The translations under genes were made by a program, and so were the position numbers. Of a stretch of DNA of 64,000 bases, positions 16,618 to 24,189 are shown one piece after another. The notes under the pieces were generated by a model. That model saw nothing but the letters and a program-made list of their open reading frames with translations. It ran no database searches and was not told the origin of the DNA. Position 1 is the first letter of the stretch. Every line of letters starts with the position of its first letter. Source of the stretch: a virus; IMG/VR virus record IMGVR_UViG_3300032308_002010, positions 96,001-160,000 of that record; one strand, 5' to 3'.

Positions 16618-16878
16618 ACTGATCGCCTCCTCTGGTTGGGGTAACAGCGCGTAAGAATCCACGTGCGGCAACAACGCGAGAGATCTGCCGTTATCCCAGC
16701 GGACATGAATCTGGTGCCAATCTTTAGGGCCGTCAAAGTTTACGAGGATAACAGTCCCCTCTAAACCAGCCGGCATACCCTCTTCCACCGGCATCCACTT
16801 TGAATCTGGATTTGTCATCGGCGCTGTCAGCCGTATACGCCGGCCAATTAGCGGATGATTTTCACCATCGAGTGTCAT
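16606..16878 (-). CDS. DUF4314-like protein
   Basis: GRRIRL..M..PD...P.G..GTV..V....QIHVRWDNGRSLALL...D. Confidence 0.75.
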   Translation of the reverse strand: MTLDGENHPLIGRRIRLTAPMTNPDSKWMPVEEGMPAGLEGTVILVNFDGPKDWHQIHVRWDNGRSLALLPHVDSYALLPQPEEAISAAE

Positions 16879-16980
16879 TGCCACCTCACAAAAGTGTTTC
16901 CAAAGCAAAAAGAAAAGCGACGTACCGGGCTGGGTTACGGCACACCATAACCCAGCCCGGCAGCGTCTTACAACACATTA

Positions 16981-17589
16981 CTAGCCAGCCATCAGTTCGG
17001 CCAGCCGCTTGATCCCGCCGTGACGAAGGACAAGCCGCGTCACCGGCGCACGCTTCCGCTTGGGGGCGCGACGCGTCACAATCGTCGTCACAACCTTGGC
17101 AGCCGCGCGCTTGCGCTTCCGTTTCTTACCGTTCGGCTCGGCCTCTTCACGCCAGCTGACCGGCATCGGGTGCAGCCGGTACAGGCCCGGCGGCAGCTTC
17201 CACCGCCCGTTCGGCTTGTCGAACACACGGATCTGGCTCTTCAGACAGCCGGGCGTCGCGAACCGCACCTCGATCTTCTTTTTGATATCAAAGATCTTGG
17301 TGATCCCAGCCCCAATCTGGTAGTCGAACATCCCACCCGTTGCGTCATCAAGCGCAAGCGCAACGACACAGTAGCGCGGATCGCCGGGCTCTGCCTTGGC
17401 AATATGCTTCGTGGAGATGTTGAACCAGAACGGCTCACGGGCCAACACGATCGTCCAGCTCGGGTCAGCCTCGTCCTTAAACGAGTCACCCATCGACTTC
17501 AGCGGCGAGGACTTATAGCAGTGCCTCTTGTGCACGCCGTCTTCGCTCTTCTTCTGTTTCACACACGAACCGGTCTTTTGACGAGACAT
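16981..17589 (-). CDS. hypothetical protein with basic C-terminal tail
   Basis: Long ORF downstream of terminator; Arg/Lys-rich tail. Confidence 0.65.
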   Translation of the reverse strand: MSRQKTGSCVKQKKSEDGVHKRHCYKSSPLKSMGDSFKDEADPSWTIVLAREPFWFNISTKHIAKAEPGDPRYCVVALALDDATGGMFDYQIGAGITKIFDIKKKIEVRFATPGCLKSQIRVFDKPNGRWKLPPGLYRLHPMPVSWREEAEPNGKKRKRKRAAAKVVTTIVTRRAPKRKRAPVTRLVLRHGGIKRLAELMAG

Positions 17590-17645
17590 CGTAAAACGAT
17601 TCCCTTCGTTACGAACCACTGAACAACCCGCGACAACGTGCCACG

Positions 17646-17692
17646 GGCAAAAAGAAAAAACCGGGCGGGTCGATTTACGCCCCCGACCCTAT
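17646..17692 (-). terminator. terminator at the end of the tmRNA/ncRNA unit
   Basis: GGGTCG/CGACCC hairpin followed by TTTTTTCTTTTT. Confidence 0.6.
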
Positions 17693-17908
17693 AATCCAAG
17701 ACGAGTTGCAACTCTTCTTGGAACCCCTCCACGTCGGCACTTGCTGCGAGATTCCCCGCAGCTGTTACCGCTAGTAAGGAGTACCCGGTTAGACAACGGT
17801 GCGCTCAGGTATGCTAGCTGGCGCTGGATATAGGACTTTGGGATCGGGCATACCAATCCACCCTAGTTTCCCAGCTATCCCTTTTGAGGCGCCTTCGTCC
17901 CCGTTGTT
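17690..17908 (-). ncRNA. candidate structured ncRNA downstream of tmRNA
   Basis: Nested helices CAACGG/CCGTTG, GCG-CTCA/TGAG-CGC, TAGCTGG/CCAGCTA, GGATTGG/CCGATCC, plus hairpins GCTGCG/CGCAGC and CCAAGA/TCTTGG. Confidence 0.5.
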
Positions 17909-17911
17909 GTA

Positions 17912-18256
17912 TGGAGGCGGCGGGAATCGAACCCGCGTCCAGAGATATCTCCAGAAAGAACGTCTACGTGTGTAGGCAGTTGTTGTTTACACTCCTGCCA
18001 AAGTTAGCCGATTATCGGCGTCAGGTGGGCTACCACCATCTTGCCCTTTCTTACTGGGCCAGATCAGCCGATTATCGGCGTCAACCTGATTGGGCAATAA
18101 GGCTCAGGTCGCCTCACTCACTGGCCTATTAACTAGGCAGCGAGGGCCGGAGCATAAGCGCCAGCTAGAAACGTAATCGGCTTTTAACGTGGCCCACCGA
18201 TCAACCACGACACGCAGTCCTAACCTTCCTTATCCTGTCGAAACCAGTACGCCCCC
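17912..18256 (-). ncRNA. ssrA: tmRNA; tag (A)GAYAPALAA
   Basis: 5' GGGGGCGTACTGGTTTCGACAGG; 3' GGACGCGGGTTCGATTCCCGCCGCCTCCA with G3.U acceptor pair; pk1 CGTGG/CCACG x GATCGG/CCGATT; TAG-CT-GGC resume context and ALAA-stop. Confidence 0.95.
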
Positions 18257-18257
18257 G

Positions 18258-18475
18258 AAGTTGTTGGCTGTGTTCCCATTGTGAGCTTACGGCAGGTAGA
18301 CCTGCCTTCATTTACCGCTGGCTCTTTTGTACGTAATTTATCCAGCAGCACCAACAACAAATCAAAGCTCTCGCCGCAAGGATGTGGTGATCACACGTAG
18401 TTTATACGCTCCCACGCACATTAAGGCTCGTAACTTCCCCTAGCATTTCGCAGCGCTGTACACACGCTGCCGAGA
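18258..18475 (-). ncRNA. candidate pseudoknotted ncRNA between tRNA-Leu and tmRNA
   Basis: Crossing helices GTTGTTGG/CCAACAAC and GAGCTT/AAGCTC, plus three hairpins; no ORF. Confidence 0.4.
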
Positions 18476-18478
18476 TAA

Positions 18479-18552
18479 TAACCCGGGTGGGAATCGAACC
18501 CACAACAAGTAGATCCTAAGTCTACCGCCTCTGCCAATTGGGCTACCGAGTT
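18479..18552 (-). tRNA. tRNA-Leu(UAG), short variable loop, no encoded CCA
   Basis: Full cloverleaf; GTAGA-CT TAG GA-TCTAC. Confidence 0.9.
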
Positions 18553-18642
18553 GAAACATGGTTTGTCGGGTTTAGTGCTGCTTCTCTATCCCGACACGGC
18601 TTAGTATGAAGTTATCTCTGGCACTTCACCGCCACGTTTTAT

Positions 18643-18714
18643 TGACCCCACGGGGATTCGAACCCCGGTTACAGCCTTGAAAGGGCCGTGTCCTAACCGC
18701 TAGACGATGGGGCC
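18643..18714 (-). tRNA. tRNA-Glu(UUC)
   Basis: Cloverleaf; CGGCC-CT TTC AA-GGCTG. Confidence 0.95.
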
Positions 18715-18722
18715 GCCGCGAC

Positions 18723-18863
18723 CTAAGTATTGTTCGCGCATTCTTTCTTTTCAAGCTGCCGTTCCTTCTTCCAGAAAAGGCGTTTGCCGAACGGCTTCAT
18801 GTGCTTATTGCAGTCCATCGTCTTTGGGCGTACGTGAAGCAGTCCGCGTTTCTTTGTGGTCAT
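18723..18863 (-). CDS. small basic protein
   Basis: MTTKKRGLL...KPFGKRLFWKKER; SD AAAGGA. Confidence 0.5.
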   Translation of the reverse strand: MTTKKRGLLHVRPKTMDCNKHMKPFGKRLFWKKERQLEKKECANNT

Positions 18864-18888
18864 GTTGTTCCTTTGATAACAAAACCAA

Positions 18889-18908
18889 TGGGCCACCGGA
18901 GAGTCGAA
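18889..18908 (-). pseudogene. tRNA 3' remnant (T-loop to discriminator)
   Basis: TTCGACT-CTCCG-GTGGCCC-A with no matching 5' half; cut at the HNH insertion boundary. Confidence 0.7.
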
Positions 18909-18910
18909 TC

Positions 18911-18939
18911 TTGCGTTTTTGTTGTCTTCCAACTACACT
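18911..18939 (+). promoter_or_regulatory. sigma70-like promoter of the HNH gene
   Basis: TTGCGT-N17-TACACT, then GGAGG (18954-58) and ATG at 18963. Confidence 0.65.
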
Positions 18940-18962
18940 GCGTTATTCCAAACGGAGGTTTT

Positions 18963-19457
18963 ATGCGCTGCGTCAATTGCAACATAGAGACAACAAATCC
19001 GCGTTTTTGTGGCCGCTCGTGTTCGGTTAGTTACAACAATCGCCGCGCGCCAAAAAGAAAAAAACAAACACAAGCGTGTCCGAATTGTTTAACCCAATTT
19101 TTTAAACGCGTAAACAGCAATCAAACGTTCTGCAGCGTTCAATGCCGCAAAACAAATTACTGCGCAAAAATTACTGCGGCTGGTCGTTTTGATATTAACG
19201 GTCAACCCAGCAGCGTAACTGTGCGCAAGTTTTTAATTGTTACGTCCGGCAATATCTGCGCTGTTTGCGGTCAAACCGGTAACAACTGGCGCGGCCAACC
19301 ATTGACGCTAATTGTTGACCACATAGACGGAAACGCCCGCAACTGGAAAATTGAAAACATTCAACTTGTGTGTCCAAACTGCGACAGCCAGCTACCAACG
19401 TTTAAAGGTAGAAACAAAGGTAAAAGCACACGCAAATACACAATCATTCAACGCTAG
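18963..19457 (+). CDS. HNH homing endonuclease inserted antisense in the tRNA array
   Basis: Two CxxC..FCxxxC zinc repeats and C..CG..W.G.PL.L.VDHIDG...N..CPNC. Confidence 0.9.
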   Translation: MRCVNCNIETTNPRFCGRSCSVSYNNRRAPKRKKQTQACPNCLTQFFKRVNSNQTFCSVQCRKTNYCAKITAAGRFDINGQPSSVTVRKFLIVTSGNICAVCGQTGNNWRGQPLTLIVDHIDGNARNWKIENIQLVCPNCDSQLPTFKGRNKGKSTRKYTIIQR

Positions 19458-19558
19458 TACGCCCGCAGGGAATCGAACCCCGACCTACAGGTAATCAGCC
19501 TGTATCCTTTCGGACCGAGAATATAAGTCTCGTGTGCTAACCGTTACACCACGGGCGC
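19458..19558 (-). tRNA. atypical 101-nt tRNA-Ile carrying two anticodon-like arms (UAU and GAU)
   Basis: Acceptor GCGCCCG/CGGGCGT+A; D arm GTGT/GCAC; CGAGA-CT TAT AT-TCTCG; GTCC-GAAA-GGAT; ACAGG-CT GAT TA-CCTGT; AGGT; T arm CGGGG-TTCGATT-CCCTG. Confidence 0.85.
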
Positions 19559-19628
19559 ATATCTCGCGTGGGCGGGGCGCCAGCAGCTTGGGCTACTGCC
19601 AGCGCCCCGCCGTCAGCGAGTCTACGCT

Positions 19629-19991
19629 TCAGCGGTAGCGCTTGCACGCATACCACCGGCCATCCCTGCCACGCGCGACCCCTTGGTCTACAACCGCTCT
19701 GCCGCTATTGCTATAGCAGCAGTTTCCCAGCGCCTGCTCGGGCGTTGAGCCCATGCCGACGCCTTCATAACCGGCGTTGCCACCGTGATGTCCCATGCGG
19801 CCATTGCTAGCCTGCAGCTCGGCTACGCCCTGTGCCGTGGACGTATGCCCGGCATAAGAACTAGCGTAGGAATAGGACTTCACTGGAACCTGCGCCTGAG
19901 ACGGCGTGTAAGACCGACGGTGCCGCGGGGCAGCATGCGCAACGCTGACCAGCGAAAGAGCGACGGCTACACACACGAGAAAACGGAACAT
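19629..19991 (-). CDS. exported protein of a planctomycete-like family
   Basis: Signal peptide ending AHA; C-terminal YEGVG...A..NCCY.......GVARG..G.WYACKRYR. Confidence 0.7.
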   Translation of the reverse strand: MFRFLVCVAVALSLVSVAHAAPRHRRSYTPSQAQVPVKSYSYASSYAGHTSTAQGVAELQASNGRMGHHGGNAGYEGVGMGSTPEQALGNCCYSNSGRAVVDQGVARGRDGRWYACKRYR

Positions 19992-20053
19992 AACGATCCT
20001 CCGTGACCATGCCGCGGGTGTGCGCGACATCAAAAAACCAACCCCACACCGGG

Positions 20054-20422
20054 TTATAAGCATTCGGCGTTTTTAGTCGCCAGAAAAACTGTGTCGGCAG
20101 TTTCTGTATCGTCGAGATATTCGACTATCTCGCGCATGTAGCTTACGGGCGGCATAGGCGACCAGCTTTTGGCGCGCTCGGCGTCGTACGGCTGCCAATG
20201 GGGCGCGTCGCAAGCGTCGACGAGGCCCCAATGATTGTTGTGAAAAAGGTGCGGACACAGCTCGATGTCTGGGTTGCCTTTTTCGCTTTTAATCGAGTTA
20301 GGCGTGAAGCTGTACTTGCCTATTCCAACGCCGATGTTGGGACCGAAGTAGTAAACTTCTTGTCCTTCCTGCGGCGGGTCTTTGTGAGACGACCGCCAAC
20401 CAAACCGATCTGGTTCTGACAT
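20054..20422 (-). CDS. hypothetical protein
   Basis: GGAGG SD; coding-like ORF. Confidence 0.7.
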   Translation of the reverse strand: MSEPDRFGWRSSHKDPPQEGQEVYYFGPNIGVGIGKYSFTPNSIKSEKGNPDIELCPHLFHNNHWGLVDACDAPHWQPYDAERAKSWSPMPPVSYMREIVEYLDDTETADTVFLATKNAECL

Positions 20423-20438
20423 ATAACCTCCGAGACAA

Positions 20439-20512
20439 TAGCCGCAAAGGGACTCGAACCCCTAACCCCCTGCGTGTAAAGCAGGTGCTCTAACCAATTG
20501 AGCTATGCGGCT
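20439..20512 (-). tRNA. tRNA-Val(UAC)
   Basis: Cloverleaf; CCTGC-TT TAC AC-GCAGG. Confidence 0.95.
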
Positions 20513-20537
20513 ACTCGCAAAAGAAAACATGCAGAGC

Positions 20538-20611
20538 TAGGGCCGGTGGGACTCGAACCCACAACACAGGGATTTTAAGTCCCTTGACTCTGCCAATTGG
20601 TCTACGACCCC
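20538..20611 (-). tRNA. tRNA-Leu(UAA), short variable loop
   Basis: Cloverleaf; AGGGA-CT TAA AA-TCCCT. Confidence 0.9.
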
Positions 20612-20625
20612 GGGTGCGCCAATCG

Positions 20626-20931
20626 TCAGACTGGCGTTGGGGCGTTTACCTCCTCCAGCCCCGCGGGCTTCGGGTGCTTGTTGGGATGCGCGACCCAACG
20701 ATACAGCTCGCGCTCTGTCGCGCTGTGCGAGCCCATGGCGTCGCGCAGCACCATCGACTCCCGAAGCTGATCAAAAATTCGCTGAACGTCCAGAAACTCA
20801 CGATACGTAAGTCCCTGTTCCAGTTCACGTTTACGCGCGAGAAAAACGCGCAATTCTTCGAGATGCACGTTTATCCGCTTGTTGTAGTACCCGGCCAACC
20901 GGGCCAGTTCGTCATCGTATGCTGCTGCCAT
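20626..20931 (-). CDS. hypothetical protein
   Basis: Helical ORF; start inferred at MAAAYDD. Confidence 0.55.
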   Translation of the reverse strand: MAAAYDDELARLAGYYNKRINVHLEELRVFLARKRELEQGLTYREFLDVQRIFDQLRESMVLRDAMGSHSATERELYRWVAHPNKHPKPAGLEEVNAPTPV

Positions 20932-21142
20932 TCCAAACGTACCTCTTGTCTCCAATCTGGCACCACCAACGCTGCCCATCGTTCCAGTAGATGGGTGTAG
21001 CAGACGCAGATGGCGGTTGCAACGTCGTCGGCTGCGGATGGGCTTTTTGGTATTCGTCATAGCCTTGCCATGCGAGACCGGCAAGCATCAGCAGCGCCGT
21101 GATCAAGCCGATTACGTTACCTTTGATCTCAATCCCCGTCAT
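20912..21142 (-). CDS. small membrane protein
   Basis: AAGGAGG SD; one TM helix. Confidence 0.7.
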   Translation of the reverse strand: MTGIEIKGNVIGLITALLMLAGLAWQGYDEYQKAHPQPTTLQPPSASATPIYWNDGQRWWCQIGDKRYVWNGSSIR

Positions 21143-21196
21143 TTCAAACCTCCTTGTTTAGAAATGAAACCTCCCCCCAACAAAACAAAACCCCAT

Positions 21197-21270
21197 TACC
21201 CCCTCTAGGATTCGAACCTAGGACCCACGGATTAAAAGTCCGATGCTCTAACCAGCTGAGCTAAGGGGGC
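21197..21270 (-). tRNA. tRNA-Lys(UUU)
   Basis: Cloverleaf; CT TTT AA loop. Confidence 0.95.
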
Positions 21271-21302
21271 TCACGTTTAACCACTGTGAGTGTGGTGACC
21301 AC

Positions 21303-21992
21303 TTACTTCATCGTGGTCATGCGCGGACGCGCCAAGTTAGGCGTGTTCGGCCACTGACAGTTCCCGTTTGGGCAATCTTCTTCCGGCGGCGCGGCTTTAC
21401 GCTTTGCCGGCGAAGAGGATTTTGCTGGGCGGACCACAGCTTGCTCGCGTGCCGGCGCTTTGCCGTTGGGCCATATCGCCTCAGATGGCGGCCCGTTAAT
21501 CACGTGAGCTTTCCATTGGCCCTTCTCAACCCGCGCATACAACTGATATTCGCACAGCTCCCAGCGCGGCAGCAACCCAGACCGATGCCGATACTCCGTG
21601 TAGTCGACATCTTCGTCCTTGGGCATAGTCCACTGCGTTATCTGCACAGCGGCCCACAGACCCTTGGTATCGCGCCAGCTTGTGATCCACCGGCAATCCA
21701 CAAGCCTGATGTAGACGTCTGTGTCGTCAAACATCTGCTGGCACTCCTGCACGAAGTTCTCGCGGTCTGGACAGTTCGAGGTCATCGTGCTCATTAGCGT
21801 TTTGAGATCTTCCGCGGTGTGAGCTTGGAAGTTCTGCTCCATCACCTCACGAATCGCGGCAGTGGCCGCTTCGACGTATCGCGCCTCGCCGGGGTCGGAC
21901 ACGCTGTTCCACTTGCCTGTCTTTTTATTTGCTTGCGCAAAGACTGGCATACACAAAACAGAAAACATAAGAGCGTAAACAAACCTATTCAT
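21303..21992 (-). CDS. exported protein, possible NTF2/SnoaL-like fold
   Basis: Signal peptide ending VFA; helix-then-strands pattern; C-terminal CPNGNC. Confidence 0.6.
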   Translation of the reverse strand: MNRFVYALMFSVLCMPVFAQANKKTGKWNSVSDPGEARYVEAATAAIREVMEQNFQAHTAEDLKTLMSTMTSNCPDRENFVQECQQMFDDTDVYIRLVDCRWITSWRDTKGLWAAVQITQWTMPKDEDVDYTEYRHRSGLLPRWELCEYQLYARVEKGQWKAHVINGPPSEAIWPNGKAPAREQAVVRPAKSSSPAKRKAAPPEEDCPNGNCQWPNTPNLARPRMTTMK

Positions 21993-22173
21993 CTCGCTGA
22001 CTCCTTGTTAAGCACACGTGGGCAAAGCCGCCTAAAAGCGCCCAGCCCGCACATGCACCTATTACGGTTACCTCTTCTCCTAGGTGGAGTGACTTCGCCG
22101 CTGAGAACCCAATAGCGGCGCCGGCCAAGGTACACATAACAATCAAGACTTCACGCACAATCGGGTATGGCAT
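21985..22173 (-). CDS. small two-TM membrane protein
   Basis: Two hydrophobic helices; GGAGG SD; promoter motif upstream. Confidence 0.6.
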   Translation of the reverse strand: MPYPIVREVLIVMCTLAGAAIGFSAAKSLHLGEEVTVIGACAGWALLGGFAHVCLTRSQRDE

Positions 22174-22240
22174 GGTATCCTCCCTGCGTGTCCCGAAAGC
22201 GTGCCATGTTCCGCGAAAACATATTCGCGGGGCACAAGGA

Positions 22241-22269
22241 ATATGCCCGAATATTGCCCAAAATTTAGG
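22241..22269 (-). promoter_or_regulatory. promoter-like motif copy 5
   Basis: ATATGCCCGA-13nt-TTTAGG, intergenic. Confidence 0.6.
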
Positions 22270-22272
22270 CGG

Positions 22273-23412
22273 TTAGGCCGGGGCGCAAGCAGGCCCAAAA
22301 CAACGCTTTTCCGCGCCCAAATCTGGCGGCAGCGTGTACCAGCCTTTGTCGTACAGCTGGTAAATTTTTTGAAACGCTTCATCGTACATAGCCCCACACG
22401 CTTCGAGGCTGTAGGTTTGTCTAGCGGCTTTTGCAATTGCTGCGCGATTTAGGGAATGTACCTGTTTTAAGGCCAGCAGCCAGTCCGCCAGCGTCTTGCA
22501 GCGAAAACCGTTGAAACCGCGCTGCACTGTTTCTGTGAATGCGCCGTAATCAGTAGCGACAAGCGGCGTTCCACATAAAAGACCCTCAACACCAGACCCC
22601 CCGAAAGGCTCGATAAAATTGGTTGGCATTAAAGAGCAGATAGCGTTGCGTAAAAACTCACTTCGCGCCGTTCCGGTCAATGGCCCGTTGTAGATGATAT
22701 TTGGGTGAGTCCATTTCGTATGATCGCCTTGTCCGCTCAACACAATTTTCGGGCCGTCTGCTGGAAGATGTTTAGCGATTTCATGCAGCGTGTCCAAACC
22801 TTTGCAGCCGTCGATACGCCCGAGAAACGCGTAATATTTTCCCGGCTTGAAACTTGGTGTCCACTCTGTGATATCAAAATAGTTTGGAATCACGAACTCA
22901 TAGTGCGTACCGCCGCGACCGTCTTTACCCGCGTGGTAGTGTCGCCACGCGTAGCTTTCAAATATCTTTATCGTGCCGTCTACGAGCGTTGGATAACCTA
23001 TACCCGTTTCAACGTGAATGTTGTTTGGGAAATCTTGCAGCAGCCTAGAATGCGCGTGACCAAATGGGTGACAAATAATATCTCTTGGTTTGACACGTTG
23101 CTGAATAGCTGTAACAAGCCGCGTTTCAAACAAATTGTGCTGCGGTGTTCCTACCGCAGCGTCGTCGCCGTGAAATGATTTTTTGTCGCGCTTGCCAAGT
23201 ATGTTTTCAAATTCGTCTGCCGTGAGCATTTCGACCTGCTCGTCAGCTAGGCTTTCGCTGCCGGCGTTTGCATATTCAATTACGCGATAACCGCACATGC
23301 GCATCATTTTGGAAAAGCGCAGAGCCTTTCCAGTGAATGCGCAATGCGAGTAGGCCGCTGTGTGTTGCGTGTGAAAAATACCAACAAGATGTAGCGTCGG
23401 CTTTTCTGCCAC
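22273..23412 (-). CDS. GT4-family glycosyltransferase
   Basis: FLGRI...KG, EPFGGSGVEGLLCGTPLVATDYGAFTE (ExFG..xE GT-B signature). Confidence 0.9.
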   Translation of the reverse strand: MAEKPTLHLVGIFHTQHTAAYSHCAFTGKALRFSKMMRMCGYRVIEYANAGSESLADEQVEMLTADEFENILGKRDKKSFHGDDAAVGTPQHNLFETRLVTAIQQRVKPRDIICHPFGHAHSRLLQDFPNNIHVETGIGYPTLVDGTIKIFESYAWRHYHAGKDGRGGTHYEFVIPNYFDITEWTPSFKPGKYYAFLGRIDGCKGLDTLHEIAKHLPADGPKIVLSGQGDHTKWTHPNIIYNGPLTGTARSEFLRNAICSLMPTNFIEPFGGSGVEGLLCGTPLVATDYGAFTETVQRGFNGFRCKTLADWLLALKQVHSLNRAAIAKAARQTYSLEACGAMYDEAFQKIYQLYDKGWYTLPPDLGAEKRCFGPACAPA

Positions 23413-23428
23413 GGATGACTCCTTAAAA

Positions 23429-23866
23429 TTAAGCGCAGTCAGAAAACGGTAGCGATTTTTGTTCTGACCAATTAGGTTGAGTTTTTTTTAACGTTTCCGC
23501 TGCGTTTATAAGACTGTCAGCTAGCGCTGTCCGACTTTTTTGGGTCGGCGTGGCGATAAACAAACTGTATTCATTGCGCGGACCAAACCAAATAGTCATT
23601 CCTGTTTCGTCTGTTTTGGTTGTTGCGTCGTCGCCCAGCTTTAGCAAATTTTTAAGGTAGTTATTTTCATTCACAATAGCAGCGATGGTTGCGGCAAGTT
23701 CATTTACGTGATCGTTTTTGAAGCCGACAAAGCGAATGCCGTTCTTTGCAATTTCCAGCAGTTTTGTAATTGCCCACGAGCTTTCCTCCAGCGCCGCTAA
23801 TAACGTCGCCGAACTCGTCATCTCCTCTTTTGGCCGATCGCAGTTTTTTTTCCCGCAGCATCCCAT
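23429..23866 (-). CDS. hypothetical protein
   Basis: SD AAAGGA; coding-like. Confidence 0.6.
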   Translation of the reverse strand: MGCCGKKNCDRPKEEMTSSATLLAALEESSWAITKLLEIAKNGIRFVGFKNDHVNELAATIAAIVNENNYLKNLLKLGDDATTKTDETGMTIWFGPRNEYSLFIATPTQKSRTALADSLINAAETLKKTQPNWSEQKSLPFSDCA

Positions 23867-23970
23867 AGTGTTTCCTTTTGTAGTGGTAGGTGTCTCGGTA
23901 GGCGACGTAAAGAATCAATCCGCCCCATACCAGTATTACGCTGACAAAAATAAGCCATTTCGCAAGCATG

Positions 23971-24180
23971 TCAATCTAATCGCATAAGTTTTCGCGCCGA
24001 ACGAAACTCAGTCTGGCAAATTGCGCGGTCTGTTAGACACTCGTCGGCGACGGGAATATACACGACTTTTGTTTTATACACGTAACGCCGCTCAGTTTCT
24101 TTGGGCGACCAGCCACGACGTATTTCAAGTGCTCGGGCTGCGATTTCTTCTGGGCTTGGCGGCGGTACACGAAGAGCCAT
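23971..24180 (-). CDS. hypothetical protein
   Basis: P..EEI..RA.EIR..WS..E...R pattern; GGAG SD. Confidence 0.6.
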   Translation of the reverse strand: MALRVPPPSPEEIAARALEIRRGWSPKETERRYVYKTKVVYIPVADECLTDRAICQTEFRSARKLMRLD

Positions 24181-24189
24181 GTTGTCTCC

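Noticed and set aside
19571-19611. GC hairpin GGCGGGGCGC/GCGCCCCGCC as a terminator
   Set aside because: No U-tract on either side. It is more likely a processing hairpin upstream of tRNA-Ile.
23700-23969. 89-aa membrane ORF
   Set aside because: It overlaps the next gene by 166 nt. The hydrophobic N-terminus is plausible, but the extent of the gene cannot be supported.
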